This document shows, piece after piece, positions 32,981 to 43,490 of a stretch of 64,000 nt of DNA. Source of the DNA: Acidobacteriota bacterium (GTDB lineage Bacteria > Acidobacteriota > UBA6911 > RPQK01 > JAJDTT01); the NCBI GenBank assembly GCA_965209055.1, contig OZ242374.1, positions 32,001 through 96,000 of the forward strand, read 5' to 3'. A program made the position numbers and the translations under genes. How positions within the stretch are numbered: position 1 is the first letter of the stretch; every line of letters starts with the position of its first letter. Under the pieces are notes generated by a model. It did not search any database. It saw only the letters and a program-made list of their open reading frames with translations, and had not been told where the DNA came from.

Positions 32981-34180
32981 ATGAGCACCACCGGGAAGAC
33001 GTTGGTTCGCGGTGATCGGGTTGCAGGGTACAACTTGGAGGAGATTGAGGCGCGCCTGGAGTCCTGCGAGGGGATCTCCGGCGTGTGCAAGACCGATCTT
33101 CCCACTCCCTCCCTGCTGCTGGATCTGGATCTCTTCGAGGCCAACGTCGAGACCATGGCCCGCCACGCCGCGAGCCACTCCATCGGAATGCGGCCTCACT
33201 CCAAGACCCACAAGTGCCCGGAGGTTGCGCGGCGCCAACTGGATGCCGGCGCTCTGGGAATCTCCACGGCCACCGTCTCCGAAGCCGAGACCATGGCCCG
33301 AGCCGGCATTGCCGGCCTCCTGATCACTTCCGAGATGGCGGACCCCAACAAATTCCAGCGGCTGGTCCGCTTGACCCGGCGCCATCCCGACACCATGGCG
33401 GTGGTCGACCACCCGTGGCAGGCGGAGCAGATGAACGAGGCGGCCGCGGCGGGCGGAGTGCAGCTCAATATCATGCTGGACATCGATCCGGCCAACCTCC
33501 GAACCGGGGTCGAAGCCGGAGAGCCGGCGCTCCGTCTGGCCCGGGACGTGGACCGCCTCTCGAATCTGAATCTGAGAGGGGTCCACTGCTACTGCGGAAA
33601 GTCATCCCACGTCCACGGTTTCGAAGAGCGGCGGCGGCACTCGCAGGAATCCATGGCCGCTCCACTGGAGACCTTCTCCAGGATGCGGAAGGATGGGCTC
33701 CCGGTGGAAATCTTCTCCGGTTGCAGCACCGGGACCTACAATATCGATTCCGAAATCGAGGGCATCACCGAGATGCAGGCAGGTTCCTACGTCTTCATGG
33801 ACCTGGATTACATGCGCATCGGTGGCCGAGGGGGCGATGTCTACGATGACTTCGATCCGGCCCTGACGGTCCTCTCCACGGTCACCAGCAGGAACCTCTC
33901 CAGACAGGCCACGCTGGATGCCGGGCTCAAGGCCTTTTCCACCGATCGGGCCTTCGGGCCACGGCCGGTGGGGATCGAAGGCGCGGGCTTTCGATGGGGC
34001 GGGGACGAACACGGCATCCTGACCCTGGAAGCGGCCGGCGCCGATGTCCGTCTGGGCGACAAGCTGGAATTCTATCCCCCCCACTGCGACCCCACGGTCA
34101 ACCTCTACGATCGCATCTACTGCACCCGGGGCGATCAGGTGGTGGAAGTCTGGCCGATCCTCGCCCGCGGCCATCGCTAA
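32981..34180 (+). CDS. DSD1/D-threonine aldolase family PLP-dependent enzyme
   Basis: LPTPSLLLD, RPHSKTHK, RTGV, QAGSYVFMD, DAGLK, DEHG, HCDPTVNL motifs. Confidence 0.9.
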   Translation: MSTTGKTLVRGDRVAGYNLEEIEARLESCEGISGVCKTDLPTPSLLLDLDLFEANVETMARHAASHSIGMRPHSKTHKCPEVARRQLDAGALGISTATVSEAETMARAGIAGLLITSEMADPNKFQRLVRLTRRHPDTMAVVDHPWQAEQMNEAAAAGGVQLNIMLDIDPANLRTGVEAGEPALRLARDVDRLSNLNLRGVHCYCGKSSHVHGFEERRRHSQESMAAPLETFSRMRKDGLPVEIFSGCSTGTYNIDSEIEGITEMQAGSYVFMDLDYMRIGGRGGDVYDDFDPALTVLSTVTSRNLSRQATLDAGLKAFSTDRAFGPRPVGIEGAGFRWGGDEHGILTLEAAGADVRLGDKLEFYPPHCDPTVNLYDRIYCTRGDQVVEVWPILARGHR

Positions 34181-34239
34181 AAAGGTCCCGCGCCGGCGGT
34201 AGATCCGGATGCACCCCGGGGACACGGAGGGAGGCAAGA

Positions 34240-35859
34240 ATGCAGCTGTCCGAACTGATCGTCCGGGAAGCCAGGGAACGGGGCCTGAACCACTACTTCG
34301 GCATACCGGGAAGCGGGCTGCCCCTGGACATCATGGATTGGGGGCGGCGTCTGGATCTCGACTTCGTCACGGTGGCCCATGAATCCTCGGCGGCCATCAT
34401 GGCTGCCTACTATGGACTCGTGAGAGAGACGGCGGGTCTGGCCCTGGCGGTCAAGGGCGTCGGAGCCGGGAACTTGGCGGGTGGGGCCGTCAACGCCTAC
34501 TTCGAGCGCGTCCCCGTCGTCTGTTGCTGTGAGCGGAGTCCATTGTCCACCGGCCACCTGGAGCTGGTCTGCCAGTGCTCCCACGGGAAGCTCTTCGACT
34601 CGGTGGTCAAGTCGCAGTGTACGGTCTCTCTCGACTCGGCTCGGGAGAGTCTTCGCGACGCCTTCTTCCAGGCGTCCGATGGCCGTCCGGGTCCGGTGCT
34701 GCTGGACGTTCCTACCGACCTGTCGACGGCTTCCGTGCCGGGTGGGACGCTCGCTCCGCTTGAGGCTCGTCCGTCCGCACAGCCCGACGAATCGAAGCTC
34801 GCAGTTCTCCGGAAGGCGTTGTCAGAGTCCCAAAGACCGGTGGTCCTGGCGGGACAGGACGTGGTCCGGGCCGGCGCCTGCGCATTCCTGCACTCGTTGG
34901 TCGAATCCCTGGGAGCCGCGGTTCTGGTGGAGATGGACGCCCACGGAGTCTTTCCCGAGTCCCATCCCCTGTGGGCCGGGACCTTCGTGGGACACCAGAT
35001 TCCCCACACGGTGGAGGGAGAGCTGGTCCCGCAAGCCGACTTGGCGCTTCTGGTCGGCTGCGACAGCCTGGTTTCGGACAAGAAGTGGGAGTCGGCGGCC
35101 CCCGTCTTCGAATTGGCCCAGCGGAAAGAGTACGAATCGTTGGCGGCCAGTCCCCGCCTCCGGATCGACGGCGATCTGAAGACCTCTTTGAGCCGGCTGC
35201 TTCCGCCGTCCCCCCAGGCCGGATTTCCGGCGTCGCAAATCGCGAAGACCCGGGAGCAGGTTTTGCGGCAGTTCCGGCGTCCGGGCGACGCCCGGCTGGC
35301 GGCTCAGGACATTATCGAGATCACGCGGACCCATCTGCCGGATGACGGCCTTCTGATTTCCGAAACGGGGATCTTCATCCTGATGTTGCATCATCTCTGG
35401 CCCGTGGATCGCCCCGGCAGCCATCTCTGCACTTCCGGCGGACGCACCATGGGCCTGATGCTTCCGGCGATCCTGGGAGCCAAACTGGCCCGGCCCGAAC
35501 AACCCATGGTGGGCATTGGAGCCGATGGCAGCACCTTGATGCGGCTGGGGGAGTTGGAGGTCTTCGCCCGCACCGGAGTCCGGGTCCCTCTGGTGATCCT
35601 GAATGACCACGCGCTGGGCACCATGAAGTCGAGGCAGCAAAGCCGGGGAATGGAGGACTACGGGCTGGATCTGCACCCCATCGATCTGGCGGCCGTGGCC
35701 CGGGCCTCGGGTCTGGCCGGTGTCGTGGTCCGGACGCCCGGGGAATACGAAACGGAACTCAAGAAGGCTCTGGTTGCCGACACCACCACTCTGATCGACG
35801 CGCGGGTGGACCCGAAGGCCTACCAGGACAGCTTCGCCGCCACCATCGGGATCGTCTAG
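34240..35859 (+). CDS. Thiamine pyrophosphate-binding enzyme (acetolactate synthase-like)
   Basis: FGIPG, HE..AA.MA, RPGPV, GADGS...LND TPP motif; the stop TAG is supplied by the MITE end. Confidence 0.88.
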   Translation: MQLSELIVREARERGLNHYFGIPGSGLPLDIMDWGRRLDLDFVTVAHESSAAIMAAYYGLVRETAGLALAVKGVGAGNLAGGAVNAYFERVPVVCCCERSPLSTGHLELVCQCSHGKLFDSVVKSQCTVSLDSARESLRDAFFQASDGRPGPVLLDVPTDLSTASVPGGTLAPLEARPSAQPDESKLAVLRKALSESQRPVVLAGQDVVRAGACAFLHSLVESLGAAVLVEMDAHGVFPESHPLWAGTFVGHQIPHTVEGELVPQADLALLVGCDSLVSDKKWESAAPVFELAQRKEYESLAASPRLRIDGDLKTSLSRLLPPSPQAGFPASQIAKTREQVLRQFRRPGDARLAAQDIIEITRTHLPDDGLLISETGIFILMLHHLWPVDRPGSHLCTSGGRTMGLMLPAILGAKLARPEQPMVGIGADGSTLMRLGELEVFARTGVRVPLVILNDHALGTMKSRQQSRGMEDYGLDLHPIDLAAVARASGLAGVVVRTPGEYETELKKALVADTTTLIDARVDPKAYQDSFAATIGIV

Positions 35860-35973
35860 CAGTCCGTGGTGAAAGTCCCGCGAGCACCGAGACCGTTCCT
35901 GCGCCCGCCGGACAAGGCGCGATTCGGGTGCATACCGGGAGTATGTGCCCGAATCGCAACGCAGTCCGCCGGG
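35857..35973. repeat. Left half of a palindromic MITE-like element split by the island
   Basis: TAGCAGTCCGTGGTGAAAGTC (35857-35877) is the inverted complement of 52029-52049 (19/21); inner hairpin 35919-35957. Confidence 0.8.
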
Positions 35974-36113
35974 CTGTAGTTTGTGGGATGGACATAACGT
36001 CCAGATATGTCCAGTATTGTACATAAGTGTCTGTTTATCATTGACTTATCAGGTGTTCGGACGTTCTCCGGTGTCCCATAACGATCCGCTTCGTCCCCTT
36101 GCATCCACGATAT

Positions 36114-36136
36114 TGTGGGGGTATAGTGGTGGGTAT
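36114..36136 (+). promoter_or_regulatory. Candidate integrase arm-type binding repeats
   Basis: TGTGGGGGTAT-AGTGGTGGGTAT directly before int; resembles the GGGGGTAT repeats seen before P4-like integrases. Confidence 0.4.
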
Positions 36137-37358
36137 GGCACTCGTGAAACGTCCCCCGAAACGCAAACCGCGCGGGCGGCATCCCCTCAACGCCCTGACA
36201 CCGGTCTTTGTCCGCAACGTGAATCAGGCCGGACGCTACTGCGACGGCCAGGGCCTCTATCTCGACGTCCGGCCCACGGGCAGCCGGGGTTGGATTCAAC
36301 GTCTCACCATCCGTGGCCGCCGAGCCGAGCTCGGACTCGGTGGATTCCCCCTCGTCTCGCTCAAGGAAGCGCGCGAGAAGGCGTTCGCCAACCGGAAGCT
36401 GGCCCGCGAGGGGGGCGACCCCCGGGCCGGGAAGCGGGAGTCCAAGTCGATGCCCACCTTCGCTGACGCCACCCGGACGGTCTGGAAGCAGTTGCGGCCG
36501 GGCTGGCGCTCCCCCCGGCATGCTCGGCTCTGGCTGGCGAGCCTGGAGCACCACGCCTTCCCTCGCATTGGTGAGATGCCGATTGCGGAGGTGACGAGCG
36601 CCGACGTGATCGGAATTCTCGCTCCGATCTGGCACGAGAAGGCCTCCACCGCCCGGAAGCTGCGCCAGCGCATCCGCGCGGTCCTGGAGTGGGCCGTGGC
36701 GATGGATCTTCGGCCCGACAACCCCTGTGACCGGATCGGCCCGGTGCTCGGTGCGCAGGGAAAGGTGGTGCGCCACATGCGGGCGTTGCCCCACCGCGAG
36801 GTGGCGGCCGCACTTGAGTCGGTGCAGGGGTCCAACGCGCGGCCGGTGTTGAAGCTGGCCTTCGAGTTCCTGGTGCTGACGGCGACACGCTCCGGCGAGG
36901 TCCGCAGGGCGGCTTGGACGGAGATCGACCGGGAGGAGGGGGTGTGGACCATCCCGGCCGCACGGACGAAAGGGAATCGGGAGCACCGGGTCCCGCTCAG
37001 TCGTCGTGCGTTGGAGATCCTCAAGGACGTGCGGTCGGTCGGTGGCGTTGGCCCATTCGTGTTTCCGAGCGTGCGCGGCAAGCCAGTCGGAAACACGGCG
37101 ATGGCGGAGCTGCTCCGGAGGTTGGGGATCGCGGCGGTACCGCACGGGTTCCGGTCGAGTTTCCGGGACTGGGCGGCGGAGGAGACGGATCATCCGCGCG
37201 AAGTGGCGGAGGCGGCGCTGGCGCACAAGGTGCGCAACCCGATCGAGGCCGCCTACCGGCGCACGGACCTGTTCGAACGCCGGCGCCGACTTATGGACAA
37301 CTGGGCGAACTATCTGGCTGGCGAGAGCCGGCAACCGGCATCCGGTCGGCTCCGTTGA
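36135..37358 (+). CDS. P4-like tyrosine integrase with arm DNA-binding domain
   Basis: DGQGLYL.V...G...W and LGLGGFP.VSLKEAR N-domain; catalytic R (TATRSGE), K, HGFR, LAH, AY all present. Confidence 0.95.
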   Translation: MALVKRPPKRKPRGRHPLNALTPVFVRNVNQAGRYCDGQGLYLDVRPTGSRGWIQRLTIRGRRAELGLGGFPLVSLKEAREKAFANRKLAREGGDPRAGKRESKSMPTFADATRTVWKQLRPGWRSPRHARLWLASLEHHAFPRIGEMPIAEVTSADVIGILAPIWHEKASTARKLRQRIRAVLEWAVAMDLRPDNPCDRIGPVLGAQGKVVRHMRALPHREVAAALESVQGSNARPVLKLAFEFLVLTATRSGEVRRAAWTEIDREEGVWTIPAARTKGNREHRVPLSRRALEILKDVRSVGGVGPFVFPSVRGKPVGNTAMAELLRRLGIAAVPHGFRSSFRDWAAEETDHPREVAEAALAHKVRNPIEAAYRRTDLFERRRRLMDNWANYLAGESRQPASGRLR

Positions 37359-37622
37359 TCCGCCGTGCGTAGAGCGCCAGCTTGAAAGTCTGCGCGAAGC
37401 CATAGTCCGCCGATATGCCGCCGGAAACCCACTCAGGCGCAATCTTCGAGAACTCCCGAAAAAACAAGCCCGCCATTTGGCCTGGTTGGCTTGGTGAAAC
37501 CGGGCCAAGGGTTCGGGATAGGCCGTTGGACGTTGTCCTCTCCCATGCGGGGCATTCTCTCACGACAGACTGGAATTCTCCCTTCCCCATCTTCGCAGAG
37601 GCCTTCCCGCAGGGATCAATGA

Positions 37623-37731
37623 AGAAGTGAGCGACCCCCCCGCGCATGCCGCGCCGGTGTCCAACGGAGTGGAACACTGGCAGCGCTTGCGTGACGTGCG
37701 AGGCACGAAAACAGGGGGGTCGCTCACTTCT
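37623..37731. repeat. 18-bp perfect inverted repeat element A
   Basis: AGAAGTGAGCGACCCCCC (37623-37640) / GGGGGGTCGCTCACTTCT (37714-37731). Confidence 0.8.
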
Positions 37732-38028
37732 CCTCCCCGGACTCCCCGTCCGGGCGCTCCTCCTCCAGGAGGACGGGGACAAACCGAAGGGGCTCAACAA
37801 GATGCCGGAAAGGGAGCTTGTAACACTCGCCGCTCCGGGAGTGGAACACACCCCCCCATGTGTGTTTCACATCCTGGGACTTTGCCGGACAGGCCCACCG
37901 GAGGTGGAACACGGACCGGGAGCGGTCCGCCACATTGCCGTCAATGGGACTTTCCGTGCTCTTCGCAGCCCGTGGATCCACGACGTCCACGGGGTCCACC
38001 CGGGACCGCGCGCGGCCCCTCAGGCGCT

Positions 38029-38430
38029 CTACAACCCTCCTCCGGTTTCCGCTGGAATCCGGACCGAGAGCCAGCCGCGGCCCCGGTCGATGCGGATGCG
38101 GTTTTGGGGGATAGGGGCGGTGGCCCGCTCCCGCCGGAGGTCGTCGCGGGCCACCGCGACCACTTGCACCGGGTGGTCTTGTGCGCACAGCGCGGCCCAG
38201 AGCCGGGGGTGCTCCACCCTCCACGAGAGCAACTCCGAGTCGGTGTCCCGGCCGGGATCGACATAGACGAAGGTCGCCCGGTCCTCCTCCAGGGCCAGGG
38301 GGAGCTTGCGGGGGAAGTACCGGCTCCGTCCCCGGGCGTGGCCGGCATAGTGGCGGCACTGGAACAGCCGCCGGGAAAGGCCCAGCGCCTCCAGCGCCTG
38401 CGACAGCTGCGTCACCTGCGGGCCGACAGG
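38029..38430 (-). pseudogene. Probable fragment of a mobile-element-associated hypothetical protein
   Basis: Protein-like segment ALEALGL...RYFPRKLPLALEEDRATFVYVDPG...LWAAL...VQVVAVAR with no credible start or end. Confidence 0.35.
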
Positions 38431-38612
38431 GTTCATGGAGGGGTGAAAGGGCTTCCCGGTGTCGATCCGGGAGTGTAAGTGAGACAACGGGGGCGACTTA
38501 CAACAGGGGAGCGAGTTCACTTACACACGCGATTTCCCCGAACTCTTTGTCGCTCATGCAGTTACGGCCACATTCCCGGCTTCGCCGCGCCCGCACGGGG
38601 AAATCGGAGGTG

Positions 38613-38709
38613 GACGGGAGCGACCCCCCCTTTTTCCTGCCCGGTGCGGGCGCGGGGGTGTTGTGCAACTTACATTTGCACAACACCCCCTGGGGGGGTC
38701 GCTCCCGTC
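38613..38709. repeat. 18-bp perfect inverted repeat element B with nested 15-bp hairpin
   Basis: GACGGGAGCGACCCCCCC / GGGGGGGTCGCTCCCGTC; inner GGGGGTGTTGTGCAA-CTTACAT-TTGCACAACACCCCC (38654-38690). Confidence 0.85.
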
Positions 38710-39249
38710 TCATTGATCCCTAGCGGGAAGGCCACAAAAGACACCCGTGCCGGGCAAGATGGGACGTATGAGTGCCCCCGACATCCCCGAGAAACGCTTG
38801 GAGACCCTCAGGAAGTAGGCGGTGGAGAGGCTCCGCGACCGCCGCGCTTACCGCTGTCCGGACTGCGGCAATCGAAGCTTCCCGCGAGGCCGCGCTTCGG
38901 CCACCGTCATGAGGTTCGAGCGAGCCGGTGCCAAATGCCGGGAGTTCCAGGTCCGGCCGGGTGAGGGGTGCTACCCCTTCCTCGTCTCCGATCCGCCCTA
39001 CCGGACAAGCCCGCATTGTCTAACTTATCGTGCTCTGACCCACGCCCCTGCCCCCCCGGTTTCCAGCGGGGTCCACGGTCCAGAGACGTCAAAATCTTGC
39101 CCAGCCCCGTGAGTCTATTTGTATGGAAAACGAGGCAAGGATTCTATCCGTCAGGTCAGTAGCTCCTTCTACACTTCGGCCAGAAGAGGATCCATTGCAT
39201 CATTGAATACTGTCGAAGGCCAACCTTCTGCCGGGAGGAACCGTTCCGG

Positions 39250-42200
39250 ATGTCAGTACCCACCCTGAAGATCGCACATCGTTGCCGATTGCGATCCGCG
39301 ACCTCACTACTAACCGTAACTTTGGGCTTGGTTCTGCTGGCCGTACCGCAGAAAGCCATGGCTCAAATCGTCCCCGTCTGCGACCGAACTCCGGAAGTGC
39401 GTGACGCCATCGTGGAGAAGATTCCAGATGTTTCCGACTGCAGCGAGGTGACTGAGGCGCATCTGGCCGTGATCACAGGTTTCCTCGATCTGGCAGGTCC
39501 GCACGAGTTTTGGGGTGTTCCCAGCGGCCGCCCGAATCCCATTCCAGAGTTGAAAGCCGGGGATTTCTCCGGGCTGTCTTCGTTGGAAGGACTCCTGTTG
39601 CAGTACAATGACCTGACGACGCTGCCCCCAGGTTTCTTCCACGGGCTGTCCTCCCTGAAAACGCTCAACCTGGAGAACAACCGCCTGACCACGCTGTCGA
39701 CCGGGGTCTTTGCCGGGTTGTCCTCCCTGAGAACGCTCGCACTGAGTGGCAATCCACTGACGACCGTGCCGGCCGGGATCTTCTACGGACTCACCGCGCT
39801 GGACAAACTCAGGCTGTCCCTGCATTACGACGAATTGACGCCTTTCCACGGCGGGATCTTCTCCGGACTCACCGTGTTGAATACGCTCTACCTGACCCTA
39901 TCGGGGTTCAATGATCCGGTTCCCCTTTCCGGGGATCTTTTCTACGGACTCACCGCGCTGAAATCGCTCAATCTCTACAGTCTCAATCGGAGCACTCTGC
40001 CCGATGACTTTTTCTCCGAGTTGTCCACGCTGAAAGGGCTCAAACTGCTGGGCAACCGACTGACCACGCTGCCAGCCGGAATCTTTGCGGGACTGTCCTC
40101 GCTGGAATCGCTCGACCTGAATTTCAATCCACTGACCAGCCTGCCGCCCGGGGTCTTTTCTGGATTGTCCTTGCTGAAAACGCTCAAACTGGTTGGCAAC
40201 GAGTTGAGCACACTGCCGGTGGGGGTCTTCGCCGGGTTGCCCTCGCTGGAGACGCTCGAGATGGATGAAAACCGTCTGGCCACTCTGCCGCCCGGGGTCT
40301 TTTCTGGATTGTCCTCGCTGAAAACACTCAATCTGGGTGTCAACGACCTGACCACGCTGCCGGTCGGGGTCTTCGCCGGGCTACCCTCGCTACAATGGCT
40401 GTACCTGTATCGCAACGAACTGACCGCACTGCCGGTGGGAATTTTCTCCGGACTGTCTTCCCTTAAGTTGCTCAATCTGCGTGGCAACGACCTGATCCAG
40501 GTGTCGATTGGCCTCTTCTCCGGATTGTCTTCGCTGCAAACGCTCGATCTGGCGTACAATCGCCTGACCGCGCTACCGGACGGCATCTTTTTTGGGCTGT
40601 CCTCGCTACAATTGCTGTACCTGGATCGCAACGAATTGACCACGTTGCCGGGCGCGGTCTTCTCGGGACTGTCTTCTTTGGAGACGCTCAGTCTGCGTGG
40701 CAACGAACTGACCACGCTACCGGACCGGGTTTTCTCCGGGTTGACCTCGCTACAAACGCTCGTTCTGACAACCAATCGCTTGACCGCGCTGCCGGACGGG
40801 ATCTTTACCGGGCTGCCCTCGCTGAAGAGGCTCACGGTGTCTCAAAACGAGCGTCTACTGACCACGATGATTTCGCTGGAATTCGCTGGAGAAGGCCGGT
40901 TCAGAGCCATGGCGCAAACCGGAGCCCTCTTCGATATCGAGCTTCCGATCACCGTTGTCAACGGTGTCATCGACGGCGGTTCAAGCCAGCAGATCACCAT
41001 CCCCAGGGGCAGCGTGTATAGCGCCACGTTCACCGTTTCCCGCAATCCCGGCCCGGCCTCGACCGTCTTCGTGGATATCGGCGAGTTGCCCGAGATGCCG
41101 AGTTCCATTGATACGGACCTCACTCTGGTCAAGTCTCCCCACTTGCCGCTGATCGTTCTGGAGGAACCAAATCTGCACTTTGCTCATTTCGCCAATGGGG
41201 AATCCATCACGTCCGAGTTGGTGTTGGTGAACGTGGGCGACGAGCCGATCCGTCCGGTTATCTCCTTTCTGGATCGCGGCGGGAATCTCCTGTCCGGCGG
41301 ATGGCTGGTGGAGATGAGGGAAGGCCTGGAGGTCCAAGAGGACGGCTCGGTGAGGGTTCAGACGAGCGTGGAACCCCTGGGAGAGCTCACAATCTCGACC
41401 CATCCTCGAAGGGTGATGGTGTCCGGATCGGTGCGCGTGGTCTCGGACGGTCCCATCGGCGGGGTCCTCCGCTATGTCAATCCGGGCATCGGCGTGGCCG
41501 GGGTGGGAGCGAGTCCACGCGTCCGGGACGCCATCTTCCCGGCTCGAAACCAGGCGGGAGGGATCCGCACGGCGGTCGCGATCCGTAACCGAGGAGCGGG
41601 GTGGATGAGGGTGCGGTGCCAATTGATGCAAGCGGGCGCCGTGCTGGATGAGACGGAGATCTCTCTGAAAGGCGGCGGGCAGGCGGCCCGGTTTCTCGAC
41701 GAATTGTTCACCCAGACCGATACGTCCGACTTCGTTGGGTCGGTGCGTTGTACGGCGCCGCGCAGCCGGCTTTTCACGGGAGTGGCCGTTGAAATGGATA
41801 CCGAGAATCGGATCTTCACGACCCTGCCGATGGTGCCGGTGGAGCCCTTGGCGGACGGGAGCGGGGAAGGGACTTTGGTCTTCGCGCATTTCGGGAACGG
41901 ATCGTCCATTCGATCCGAGTTGGTGTTGGTGAACGTGGGGACCGATCCGATCCGGCCCTCCGTCTTCTTCTATGATCGGCAGGGCGCCCAAATCGACGCG
42001 GAATCGGTGGTGGAAGTGATGGGAGACCTGGAGGTCCGGGAGGACGGAGCACTCGGCGTTGGGACGGAAATGGGGGCGCTGAGCGAGCTCACGATCTCGA
42101 CCCATAGGCAAGGGGAACTGGTGACGGGATCGGTGCGGGTGGAGTCTGACGGTCCCATGGGCGGGGTTCTGCGCTTTGACGTCCCAAGCGTGGGGGTGGC

Positions 42201-42552
42201 CGGGATCGGCGCCTCCCCGCCCGTCACGGCCGCGATCTTCCCGGCCCGGCGCCACGAAAACGGGATCAACACCGGAGCCGCGATCCACAATCTGGAAGCG
42301 GAAGCCATGACGTTGACCTGCGCACTGATGCAGAACGGTCGCATGCTGGCTGAGACAGAGATCGACCTGGACGCCGGCGGTCAGGTCGCCCGTTTCATCA
42401 ACGAACTCTTCAAGGACGCTGATACCTTCAACTTCGCCGGCTCGGTCCACTGCACCGCGCCCCCGGGCGGAGCCTTCACGGGAGTGGCCCTGGAGATGGA
42501 TGCGGACAACCGGATCTTCACCACATTGCCGATGGTCCCGGTGCACCGATGA
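39250..42552 (+). CDS. Secreted leucine-rich repeat protein 1 (about 18 typical 24-aa LRRs + tandem C-terminal domains)
   Basis: Signal peptide (..KAMA/Q), Cys N-cap VCDRT..C, LxxLxxLxLxxNxLxxLPxGxFxG repeats, two copies of an FAHF(A/G)NG...TTLPMVPV domain. Confidence 0.92.
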   Translation: MSVPTLKIAHRCRLRSATSLLTVTLGLVLLAVPQKAMAQIVPVCDRTPEVRDAIVEKIPDVSDCSEVTEAHLAVITGFLDLAGPHEFWGVPSGRPNPIPELKAGDFSGLSSLEGLLLQYNDLTTLPPGFFHGLSSLKTLNLENNRLTTLSTGVFAGLSSLRTLALSGNPLTTVPAGIFYGLTALDKLRLSLHYDELTPFHGGIFSGLTVLNTLYLTLSGFNDPVPLSGDLFYGLTALKSLNLYSLNRSTLPDDFFSELSTLKGLKLLGNRLTTLPAGIFAGLSSLESLDLNFNPLTSLPPGVFSGLSLLKTLKLVGNELSTLPVGVFAGLPSLETLEMDENRLATLPPGVFSGLSSLKTLNLGVNDLTTLPVGVFAGLPSLQWLYLYRNELTALPVGIFSGLSSLKLLNLRGNDLIQVSIGLFSGLSSLQTLDLAYNRLTALPDGIFFGLSSLQLLYLDRNELTTLPGAVFSGLSSLETLSLRGNELTTLPDRVFSGLTSLQTLVLTTNRLTALPDGIFTGLPSLKRLTVSQNERLLTTMISLEFAGEGRFRAMAQTGALFDIELPITVVNGVIDGGSSQQITIPRGSVYSATFTVSRNPGPASTVFVDIGELPEMPSSIDTDLTLVKSPHLPLIVLEEPNLHFAHFANGESITSELVLVNVGDEPIRPVISFLDRGGNLLSGGWLVEMREGLEVQEDGSVRVQTSVEPLGELTISTHPRRVMVSGSVRVVSDGPIGGVLRYVNPGIGVAGVGASPRVRDAIFPARNQAGGIRTAVAIRNRGAGWMRVRCQLMQAGAVLDETEISLKGGGQAARFLDELFTQTDTSDFVGSVRCTAPRSRLFTGVAVEMDTENRIFTTLPMVPVEPLADGSGEGTLVFAHFGNGSSIRSELVLVNVGTDPIRPSVFFYDRQGAQIDAESVVEVMGDLEVREDGALGVGTEMGALSELTISTHRQGELVTGSVRVESDGPMGGVLRFDVPSVGVAGIGASPPVTAAIFPARRHENGINTGAAIHNLEAEAMTLTCALMQNGRMLAETEIDLDAGGQVARFINELFKDADTFNFAGSVHCTAPPGGAFTGVALEMDADNRIFTTLPMVPVHR

Positions 42553-42568
42553 CCTGAGGAGATTAGAC

Positions 42569-43357
42569 ATGAGGCGAATACCCGCTATTTCATTGCTGAT
42601 TCTGATTTCCATGGTTCCAGTCTTCTCAGAGGGAGACGGAGACCGGGAGTACATCGTTCCCATTTATTTCCAGGAACGGCCTTTGTATACGACTTTCGAC
42701 ATCATCGAGGTATCGGGTCGGCAGGTCGATGTCCATATTGAAGAGTATAGATCCGACGGAATCGAAACCGTTGGGAAATCCCATGTTGACGGGGTCAGGG
42801 AGAATGACTGGTGGGATGTCATCCCCTCGTTTTTCATATCCGGACTCCAGTTAGACAATGGCTGGGCGCGCATCACCTGTCCGGCAAATCGGGAACTTCA
42901 CATTGTTTCGACCATTCACACGGAGGACGATCCACAGCGTTCGATTCATTTCGGAGGAGTGGTTCCATCGAAATCATTTCGTCTGATGGCATGGTACTTC
43001 GAGGATAACCCCCGTGAGGACTGGGAGGGGAAGAAATTGGCCCCTGGTCAGACTGCTTTGGTTATCGTAAACCCTACGGAGGAAACCCAAACCGTGACCG
43101 TGACCTTATATTTGCGCGATCTGGAGGACCCGCTGAGAGAGATGGTCCAGATCGAACCTCTGCACTCACTGAGCCGGTTTCTATCCGAGCTGGTGCCCGT
43201 GGATGAGCACTTGGATCACAGGGACAAGGAATTGGGACGTGTGGGATACATCAGAGGATTGGTGGAAGTGTCAGGGGAAACGGTAATCGCGGTAGGTGCC
43301 CTGGACTTTTTCCGCGAAAGCGGTCGATTCAGGAGTGTTCCGGTAAGCTATGAATAA
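42569..43357 (+). CDS. Secreted hypothetical protein, stand-alone homologue of the LRR C-terminal domain
   Basis: RBS GAGGAG; signal peptide; TALVIVNP, SRFLSEL, IAVGAL, SVPV motifs. Confidence 0.75.
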   Translation: MRRIPAISLLILISMVPVFSEGDGDREYIVPIYFQERPLYTTFDIIEVSGRQVDVHIEEYRSDGIETVGKSHVDGVRENDWWDVIPSFFISGLQLDNGWARITCPANRELHIVSTIHTEDDPQRSIHFGGVVPSKSFRLMAWYFEDNPREDWEGKKLAPGQTALVIVNPTEETQTVTVTLYLRDLEDPLREMVQIEPLHSLSRFLSELVPVDEHLDHRDKELGRVGYIRGLVEVSGETVIAVGALDFFRESGRFRSVPVSYE

Positions 43358-43490
43358 GGCAATCGGCTGTAATTCTCTGCCAGATCTCTAGCTGACATAA
43401 TTTATGCGGTCGCAGATCCCCCATCACCTCTGGAGAGAGGCAATCTGGAAATCCCCAAGAATATAGTCCCCAAATCCAAATTGGGACACT

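Noticed and set aside
35860-36130. tRNA/tmRNA at the island junction
   Set aside because: No cloverleaf or T-loop/CCA pattern at either junction; the structure is explained by the split palindromic element.
37385-37396. AAAGTCTGCGCG also present near 49416
   Set aside because: Isolated 12-bp match with no flanking similarity; compatible with chance.
38768-39112. Small ORF with CPDC motif in the island
   Set aside because: An in-frame stop separates it from the upstream ATG and no family is recognisable; may be a relic but unsupported.
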